Virus record (IMG/VR): IMGVR_UViG_3300045131_002298
Coordinates: 1 to 64,000 of that record
DNA from: a virus
DNA length: 64,000 nucleotides
Reading direction: 5' to 3' (one strand)
The notes beneath the pieces were generated by a model, which did not search any database, had not been told where the DNA came from, and was given only the letters and a program-made list of their open reading frames with translations. Position numbers and translations under genes: made by a program. Numbering within the stretch: position 1 is the first letter of the stretch; each line of letters opens with the position of its first letter. Positions 57,485 to 64,000 of this stretch are shown piece after piece.

Positions 57485-59061
57485 TGACACCCAAGCTTAA
57501 AAACTATCTTGCTAGTTCTAATCCCTGTTTATTTATGCCCACTGTAGAAGATGTTAAAGCAGAAAAACATATTATATCTACTATGGTTGACTTAAATTTT
57601 ATAGATAGAGAGTTATGTATCTGGAAAGTTACCTCAGGTGCACAGAGATATGAAAGAGGAGCGTGGATAAAAGAATTAGTCCCGTCTACTAAAGATAGGC
57701 CTATAAAAGATTTTATACCTGCTCTAAATCATGTTGCAGAGAATTCCAAGACTATAGGAATCTTTTATCATATAAGAGGCTTGCTAAAAGAAGCTAATGT
57801 TATACAGTCTATAATTGACGCCGCATATAAGGCTAAACGTAATTTTTCCACTATTATTTTTGTAGGTGCTTATTTAGACTTACCCCCAGAACTTTATAAT
57901 ATAATTACGTATTGTGATTTCCCTCTTCCTACTAAAGAAGAAATTGAAGAACTTTATGATAAATTAATGAAGGAATGGGAGCCTCATATTCTTTTCTCTA
58001 AAAAGAAGAAAAAAGAAAAAAAAGAATTGATAAGTAAGGCGGCTACTTCCGCTCTGGGGTTAGACCTATTTTCAGCTGAAAACGCAATAGCACTTGCAGT
58101 TAGTCTTACCGAAGAGCCTAATTATAAAATTATACAATCACAAAAAGAACAACATGTTAAAAAATCTGAAGTTCTAGAGTGTATAGATACAGATATTACT
58201 TTAGATGATGTAGGAGGTTTTGGCTCTTTAAAAGAATGGCTTGATAAAAGAAAAACGGCTTTTGGGGACACTGCTAAAGAATATGGATTAAATTCTCCTA
58301 AAGGTATATTACTACTCGGCTTGCCCGGAACAGGAAAGTCTCATATAGGGAAATCTATAGCTTCTTTTTTAGAGTTGCCACTACTAAGACTGGATATCAG
58401 TAGTGTATTCTCTAAATTCGTAGGAGACAGCGAATCTAAAATAAGAAGAGCATTAGATGTTATAGAGGCCATAGCACCCGCCGTTGTACTCCTAGATGAA
58501 GCGGATAAAGCTTTTGCTGGTATGGAGTCTAGTGGAAAAACAGACTCTGGGGTTACTGCTAGGGTGTTATCTACCTTACTTACTTGGAGACAAGAAACTA
58601 AGAGTCCTGTATTTATGATCTTCACAGCTAATGATCCAGACATGATGCCCTCTATGGTATACAGAAAAGGCCGCCTGGATGAGATATGGGCAGTAGAACT
58701 TCCTACCTTTGAAGAAAGGCAGTCTATATATAAAATACATATAGAAAGAAGAAAAAGAGACGCGTCTAATTATGATTTAGCTTTGCTTTCAAAAAATTCA
58801 GAAAATTTTACTGGAGCAGAGATAGAAGCTACCATAGAAGATGCACTGTTTAATTCTTTTTATGAAGGAGTAGAATTAGAGAATAGACATATACTAAAGT
58901 CTATTTCTGAGACAAACCCACAAAACAATATAGAAAGCGAGGATATGGTTAGGATAAAAGACTGGATGAAGAATAGGGCCAGACCTGTATCAAACAGTGA
59001 GGAGAGTTCAGGAGAACCCACTAAGAAAAAAACAAATTTAAGTTTAATTAGGAAAGATTAA
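57484..59061 (+). CDS. AAA+ ATPase (Ycf46-like)
   Basis: DVGG..LKEWL, PKGILLLGLPGTGKS, LDEADK, GRLDE; start probably MTPKL. Confidence 0.88.
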   Translation: MTPKLKNYLASSNPCLFMPTVEDVKAEKHIISTMVDLNFIDRELCIWKVTSGAQRYERGAWIKELVPSTKDRPIKDFIPALNHVAENSKTIGIFYHIRGLLKEANVIQSIIDAAYKAKRNFSTIIFVGAYLDLPPELYNIITYCDFPLPTKEEIEELYDKLMKEWEPHILFSKKKKKEKKELISKAATSALGLDLFSAENAIALAVSLTEEPNYKIIQSQKEQHVKKSEVLECIDTDITLDDVGGFGSLKEWLDKRKTAFGDTAKEYGLNSPKGILLLGLPGTGKSHIGKSIASFLELPLLRLDISSVFSKFVGDSESKIRRALDVIEAIAPAVVLLDEADKAFAGMESSGKTDSGVTARVLSTLLTWRQETKSPVFMIFTANDPDMMPSMVYRKGRLDEIWAVELPTFEERQSIYKIHIERRKRDASNYDLALLSKNSENFTGAEIEATIEDALFNSFYEGVELENRHILKSISETNPQNNIESEDMVRIKDWMKNRARPVSNSEESSGEPTKKKTNLSLIRKD

Positions 59062-59067
59062 GGGTGA

Positions 59068-60207
59068 TTACTCCCCAGTGGCCTTCTGCCAAGGGGCTTC
59101 CATGGGTTTTAACCCAACAGCTTGTAACCCCAAGCTGCGTATGTTCAATGCAGCATTCTCGTCTCTGTCGAGCGATAGCTCGCAACAAGGGCATTTGTAA
59201 TGACGGTTCGACAACTTAAGTTTCTGCCGATAACCGCACCTGGAGCAGGTTTGACTGGTGTAGGCTGGGTTCACTCGAACGAAAGTCCTACCGGCGCATT
59301 CTGCCTTGTAGGCCAACATGTTCGAGAAGCTATTCCAAGCCGCATCTGCTATGCTCTTGTTAAGACAAGTAAAATTGTCCTGCTGCATGTTATTGATGTT
59401 CAAATCTTCCACGGCTATACCGCCGAAGTTTTTGACAATTTTATGAGAAAGCTTGTGAGCGAAATCTTTACGTTTGTTTGCTATGCGTTCGTGAACACGG
59501 GCTACCGCTTTGCGTTTGCGCCTACGCTCTCTAGAGTCCCTCTCGTGTTTAGACATTCCGCGCTGCACTTTACCAAGAGCTTTCTCTTCCGATTTGAAGA
59601 ACCTTGGGTTAGCTACGTGTGTTCCGTCAGACAGAGTTACAAAAGAAATGACTCCGGCATCTATACCAACGAAGTTTTCCAACGAGGGCAGTATGCTTTT
59701 TTCAATCTCGCACGAAAAAGAAACGAACCATTTACCTGTAGCGGTCTTCTTAACTGTGCAAGTTTTGATCTTTCCTTCGGTAGGTCGATGAATTACAGCG
59801 CGTACTTTACCAATTTTAGAGAGGCCTACGCTCGCCTCGCCTACTTTAAATCCACTTTGCGGATAAGTAAAAGAAGTATAACGCCCGCGTCCATGAAATC
59901 TAGGATATCCTGGCTTTTCGCCGTGTTTCACACGACGAAAAAAAGCTTGATAAGCAAGTTCTATACGCCTTGCAACGTCCTGGAAAACTTGAGAATACAC
60001 TGCATTCAAATCTGGTATGCGTTGCTTCAACGCTCTAAATGTTCCTATCTGGTCGTAAAGAGAAAGTCCTTTCTTTTCAAGTTCCCAGCTTTCTTTGCGC
60101 ATTTCAAGCAAATGGTTATACATAAGCCTGCATTGCTCAAGCGTATTTTCAAGCAGCGTGAGCTGTTTCTTTGTGGGGTAGATGCGGTATTGAAAAGTCT
60201 TTCTCAT
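59068..60207 (-). CDS. tnpB: RNA-guided endonuclease TnpB
   Basis: FQYRIYPT HTH; RuvC residues VGIDAG / VEDL / DRDENAA; CSRC..CPCC Zn finger; start MRKTF. Confidence 0.95.
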   Translation of the reverse strand: MRKTFQYRIYPTKKQLTLLENTLEQCRLMYNHLLEMRKESWELEKKGLSLYDQIGTFRALKQRIPDLNAVYSQVFQDVARRIELAYQAFFRRVKHGEKPGYPRFHGRGRYTSFTYPQSGFKVGEASVGLSKIGKVRAVIHRPTEGKIKTCTVKKTATGKWFVSFSCEIEKSILPSLENFVGIDAGVISFVTLSDGTHVANPRFFKSEEKALGKVQRGMSKHERDSRERRRKRKAVARVHERIANKRKDFAHKLSHKIVKNFGGIAVEDLNINNMQQDNFTCLNKSIADAAWNSFSNMLAYKAECAGRTFVRVNPAYTSQTCSRCGYRQKLKLSNRHYKCPCCELSLDRDENAALNIRSLGLQAVGLKPMEAPWQKATGE

Positions 60208-60214
60208 GTTTTTT

Positions 60215-60244
60215 ATTATAAGGCTACACCTATACAAAAGTCAA
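60215..60244 (-). promoter_or_regulatory. tnpB promoter (leaderless)
   Basis: TTGACT-N18-TATAAT; ATG 8 nt downstream. Confidence 0.6.
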
Positions 60245-60265
60245 TAAAAATCTTTCACAAAATGC

Positions 60266-60294
60266 TTGACAAGAAAGGAAAATTATGTTACAAT
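60266..60294 (+). promoter_or_regulatory. sigma70 promoter
   Basis: TTGACA-N17-TACAAT, extended TG. Confidence 0.75.
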
Positions 60295-60355
60295 TAGAAA
60301 ATAAAAAACCACATCTAAACGTGGATGTATTAAACCGCAAAAAGGAGAAATAAAA

Positions 60356-61144
60356 ATGCCAAAGACTACATTGATTGAGAGAAGCAGTAATGAAGTATCT
60401 TCAATAATAGCTAATTCCGCTGCTATTAGACAGGAAACATTGCAGGCTAGAGATATGGTAGAAATAGGTTATATGAAACTAGCTAAATGTTTATATGATA
60501 TTTATACTCAAAACATTTACCAAACTTGGGATTTCCCTAATTTTGAAAACTACGTAGACTCAGAACTTCAGTTCAACTATCGTAAAGCTATGTATCTTGT
60601 GGAAATCTATAACAAAGCCCTCCTACTTAATATGGATATGGAAAGGCTGGAACGTATAGGATGGACTAAAGCTAAAGAATTAATTAGAGTAGTTGACCAG
60701 AATAACGCTGATGAGTGGATGGATGTGGCGGAGAAGTCTACAACTAAAGAACTTAATTTTAAAATTAAGACGGAGAAAGAATCTCAACTAGACCACACTT
60801 CTATAGTAGAGGAAGTCCCTACTGTAACAACTATTACTTTTAAACTAGGCATGGCTGAGAAAACACTAGTTAGTGAAGCACTGGAAGAGAGTGCACGGCT
60901 TATTAATTCTGATGATTTTGCTCTAGCTCTGGCTAATATCGCTTCTGAGTGGTTAGAAATGAAAGGAGTAGTTCCTCTACAGACAACACTAGAAGACCAT
61001 ATAGAGCATCTAGAACGTATCTACGGAAGGAAGTTGATAGTATCCGGGCCTATCATTGTTGAAGACGAGAACGACGAGGAGGACGATGAAGAACCCGTAA
61101 CTAAGAGTAAAGAAGATACCGATGAGTTTGAGGAACTTTTTTGA
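60356..61144 (+). CDS. Putative DNA-binding protein (DUF3102-like)
   Basis: LAKCLYDI...FENYVDSELQFNYRKAMYL...IGWTKA; strong RBS. Confidence 0.55.
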   Translation: MPKTTLIERSSNEVSSIIANSAAIRQETLQARDMVEIGYMKLAKCLYDIYTQNIYQTWDFPNFENYVDSELQFNYRKAMYLVEIYNKALLLNMDMERLERIGWTKAKELIRVVDQNNADEWMDVAEKSTTKELNFKIKTEKESQLDHTSIVEEVPTVTTITFKLGMAEKTLVSEALEESARLINSDDFALALANIASEWLEMKGVVPLQTTLEDHIEHLERIYGRKLIVSGPIIVEDENDEEDDEEPVTKSKEDTDEFEELF

Positions 61145-61926
61145 TCTTCACTCGAGTACCAGAAGAGTTAGGTGTATATAAATCAATACTTTATATTAGT
61201 GTATGCAGAGGAGATTTGTCCTCTGCATACCTAGCTTATAAATATATTTCTCTTTATAATAACTCTTATAATATTTTTTCCTCCCTACTGTGGAAGGCAG
61301 CTGCCTTCCACTTTTCCGCTCTTCCTTCTGAAATAATTCATTTAGAAGAAAATAGTATATGGAAGGTTATCTCGGGGATGTGTAATTCTTGTTTAGATAA
61401 GAGAGCGCTTTCTTTATTCTTAATGCTTTCTAATCAAGGTAACACTAAAAGTGTAAGATTATTTAAAAAGTGGTTAGAGACTAATAGAGAAATTGCTCAA
61501 AATTTTAGTTCAGTAGAAGATAGAACTATACATTCAGCTATCACATATTTACAGGCGGATGAGCTAGATATTTCAGAAGATTATTTTTCCTATAATGCCT
61601 CAACAGAGAATAATCCCGCGCTTCCTACTAAAATAAATCCCATGTACCTCTTGGGAAAAGATTCATGGTTTTACAAATATATTGACAATTCTTTAGGAAT
61701 TATTTATAATTCAAGTAACATATCAAATATAATTTATTTGTTTGAAATAAATAAAATAGTAAGAAAAATGGAACATGAAAACTACTGGGAAGATGCAAAA
61801 TTATCAGTGCTTGGGGCACAAAATGAATACATAGAAGAACTTTGGGTTGAAACATTACAGCCTTATACTGAGGCTTTATTAAAAGATATATCGGAAATAA
61901 GGATGCCCTATGGCAAAAACCCCTAA
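61141..61926 (+). CDS. Hypothetical protein
   Basis: Coupled ORF. Confidence 0.55.
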   Translation: MIFTRVPEELGVYKSILYISVCRGDLSSAYLAYKYISLYNNSYNIFSSLLWKAAAFHFSALPSEIIHLEENSIWKVISGMCNSCLDKRALSLFLMLSNQGNTKSVRLFKKWLETNREIAQNFSSVEDRTIHSAITYLQADELDISEDYFSYNASTENNPALPTKINPMYLLGKDSWFYKYIDNSLGIIYNSSNISNIIYLFEINKIVRKMEHENYWEDAKLSVLGAQNEYIEELWVETLQPYTEALLKDISEIRMPYGKNP

Positions 61927-62230
61927 GCCGGATTATAAATATAAGCATATTAAAACACAGAATCCGGAAGATTGGTTAAAACAAGTAGATACTGATGGAG
62001 AATTAGTATATTGTAAAAAAAGATCAGCACGTATGCATACTCGTTTCTGCGATATTCTAAGAAAGGCAATACCTATTGCTCCTGAAAGTGGCTATATAGA
62101 TAAAGGGCTAAAAGCTGTAAATATTTGTAATGACTGTGAAGTTACGCGAAATAAATTATCTGTAAGGCGTTTCATAGAATATCAGACTCAGATTAAAAAA
62201 GATGAAAAAACTAACGGAGACAATATATAA
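61910..62230 (+). CDS. Hypothetical Cys-containing protein
   Basis: Coupled ORF; C..C..CNDC. Confidence 0.55.
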   Translation: MAKTPKPDYKYKHIKTQNPEDWLKQVDTDGELVYCKKRSARMHTRFCDILRKAIPIAPESGYIDKGLKAVNICNDCEVTRNKLSVRRFIEYQTQIKKDEKTNGDNI

Positions 62231-63111
62231 TGCAAGAGATTAGTAAGATAATACTATACGATGGAAGAGAGATAAATCATGGGGAGTGTATTAATATTCC
62301 TATGGATAGGGTGGAGCCTAACATGTTCAACCCTAATGAAATGGATGATCTATCTTTCACTCTACTTGAAAATAATGTTGATTCTATAGGCTTTGTTGAT
62401 CCTATAGTTGTAGTTCCTACTGAAGATGGAAGATTTATTATTGCAGACGGTGAGCACAGATGGGAGCAACGTCGTATATCAGGGGAAAAAGAAATACCAT
62501 GCATCGTAGTGTCTCCTGAAATATTTGATGAAAAAATGCTCATGCTTCAAACAGTTAAATTAAATAAAATTAGAGGTTCTCTCAACGCAGAAAAGTTTAA
62601 TGCACTCATAGACCAGCTTGTAAATAAACATGATATTCCTTTTGAAGATTTAGCAGAGGAACTTGGTTTTGCAGATGAAGATGAATTCGACGCTCTAGTA
62701 AAACAAGGAAGAGCGCAGCTGCCCAAAGAGGCACGTAAGGAATATGATAAAGCAGTTAAGAATGTGCAGGGAAGTGTGAGTCAGTTGGCTAAGATTATTG
62801 AGAAGCTATGGCTCAAGTACTCCAATACAGTTCCTGCAAACTTCTTTATTCTTGATTACGGGAGCCAGCGGCACTTGTGGGTAACTATGGATAAAGAATA
62901 TCTTGCGTTAACCACGGATAAATTTAGAGACATTTTTGCATCCGGGTATAAAGTTAGTTCAGTGCTACAACACATGCTAGCAGATCTGGATGTCATTTCT
63001 TATATAGAGGAGCACATAACTACGCTCGAGAAAATAGATGATGGAGAGCAGGATCTTGACAGTCTTTTAGATCTTCCTTCTGCAAATCCAGTAGAGGAAC
63101 TTTCTGAGTAA
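62230..63111 (+). CDS. ParB-like protein (ParB/Srx N-domain, possible HTH)
   Basis: PNMFNPN, GFVDPIVV, IADGEHRW, LNKIRG; FEDLAEELGF. Confidence 0.85.
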   Translation: MQEISKIILYDGREINHGECINIPMDRVEPNMFNPNEMDDLSFTLLENNVDSIGFVDPIVVVPTEDGRFIIADGEHRWEQRRISGEKEIPCIVVSPEIFDEKMLMLQTVKLNKIRGSLNAEKFNALIDQLVNKHDIPFEDLAEELGFADEDEFDALVKQGRAQLPKEARKEYDKAVKNVQGSVSQLAKIIEKLWLKYSNTVPANFFILDYGSQRHLWVTMDKEYLALTTDKFRDIFASGYKVSSVLQHMLADLDVISYIEEHITTLEKIDDGEQDLDSLLDLPSANPVEELSE

Positions 63112-63115
63112 TATT

Positions 63116-63817
63116 ATGGCTGAAGATAAATTTCTTATAGCAAAAATAAAAGAAGCAGTGCCTACTAATAGCTGGCTATCTATATTAGATGATAAGCAGT
63201 TGGTAAAGCTTCATGAAATGTTAAAAAGAGGTGTTACTAATAGTGAGATAATTAGAACCTGCCAGACTATTTTTAATGTAAAGAAGAAAGCTACTCTTCA
63301 GGATTTGTTGCCTGATCTGGTCAGGTTTAGAACGAAAGTTCTAGATGATAAAGCTTTAATGGTCCTTGAGGAAGCGCAGAAGAATAAAGTTGCATCTCAA
63401 TTAGCAACTAAACTGCGAGGACTTACCTCGAAAGTAGATGCCTTCGGTAGGCTCAGTTGGTTAGTAGATCAACAGACACAGCGTGTCCTAAAACTCATGG
63501 ACATAGAAGCTAAAACTCTACCTATGGATAAGACCACCGATAATATTGCTATATTAGATAAAATGCTGCACAGCTTACTAAAAGCACAACAAGAACTAAA
63601 GCTAGATGATAGTAATGTGATAACTGCCGAAACCACTGAAAAATTAAAGGGATTGGTAGAAGGCTTCAAAGATGATGGGGAGACCATGATTCAGGCTACC
63701 CATAAATTACTATCCCTAGCAGAAGAACGTTCCTTAATATTAAAGTTAGACGAGGACGGCAGTTATTCTATAACTACCAAAGAGGAAGAAAAAGAAGTAA
63801 TTGAAGTTACTTCTTAA
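63116..63817 (+). CDS. Hypothetical protein, possible terminase small subunit
   Basis: N-terminal helical domain plus coiled coil; follows the ParB-like gene. Confidence 0.4.
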   Translation: MAEDKFLIAKIKEAVPTNSWLSILDDKQLVKLHEMLKRGVTNSEIIRTCQTIFNVKKKATLQDLLPDLVRFRTKVLDDKALMVLEEAQKNKVASQLATKLRGLTSKVDAFGRLSWLVDQQTQRVLKLMDIEAKTLPMDKTTDNIAILDKMLHSLLKAQQELKLDDSNVITAETTEKLKGLVEGFKDDGETMIQATHKLLSLAEERSLILKLDEDGSYSITTKEEEKEVIEVTS

Positions 63818-63823
63818 ATATTC

Positions 63824-64000
63824 ATGGCACTAGAAAATTTACAGGTAATTCCTCTTAATACGGCATTTGAATTAGTATTTGATGTATTAAGGGAAAATAA
63901 GCTCTCTACTAGAGACGAGTCTATGTTAGAGGCGCTGGTATTAGCTTGTCCTCAGATCTCTGATGGTGCAGATGCTTATATTTTAAAAGATGATCTTAAT
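63824..64000 (+). CDS. Partial ORF running off the window, possibly terminase large subunit
   Basis: MALENLQVIPLNTAFELVF... open to the window end. Confidence 0.4.
   Translation, partial: MALENLQVIPLNTAFELVFDVLRENKLSTRDESMLEALVLACPQISDGADAYILKDDLN

Larger units (their letters stand above)
59064..60244 (-). mobile_element. IS200/IS605-family tnpB-only element (IS1341-like)
   Basis: Right-end hairpin GCCCC..GGGGAG followed by TAATCAC; no tnpA; left boundary uncertain. Confidence 0.7.

Noticed and set aside
59200-60297. 365-aa + strand ORF
   Set aside because: Antisense shadow of tnpB
1-64000. Genome-wide stop-codon reassignment
   Set aside because: TAA, TAG and TGA all end full-length conserved genes; only one suspicious internal TGA was seen
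1-64000. tRNA/rRNA genes, introns, inteins
   Set aside because: None recognised by eye; helicases and RecA have normal lengths; tRNAscan was not run

Overview
A 64-kb, AT-rich segment of a tailed dsDNA phage (contractile-tail myovirus) with two divergent arms. The minus-strand arm (about 47.6 kb to 1) is the virion module: XkdF-like protease, scaffold, capsid, neck, sheath, tube, frameshifted chaperones, tape measure, a fragmented baseplate hub/spike, wedge proteins, a DUF4815 tail protein, repetitive fibres and an Mtd-like adhesin. Five HNH-family genes are interspersed, and a ~5-kb accessory island separates sheath from tube. The plus-strand arm (48.2-64 kb) follows a probable replication origin and encodes DnaB, primase, SSB, SF2 helicase, RecA, nucleases, RuvC, an AAA ATPase, a ParB-like protein and probable terminase genes, with an orphan tnpB inserted antisense. 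Most interesting non-coding signals: (1) a promoter-to-terminator RNA in the island built from four stem-loops whose variable loops look antisense to ribosome-binding/start-codon regions, plus a second ~75-nt anti-SD sRNA; (2) nine identical copies of the 16-bp near-palindrome TTGCAATCAATTGCAA, three exactly 7 bp upstream of a sigma70 -35 box, in a genome encoding a ParB-like protein; (3) c4-like structured leaders whose loops co-vary with downstream targets. All assignments come from manual motif recognition; no database searches were run.
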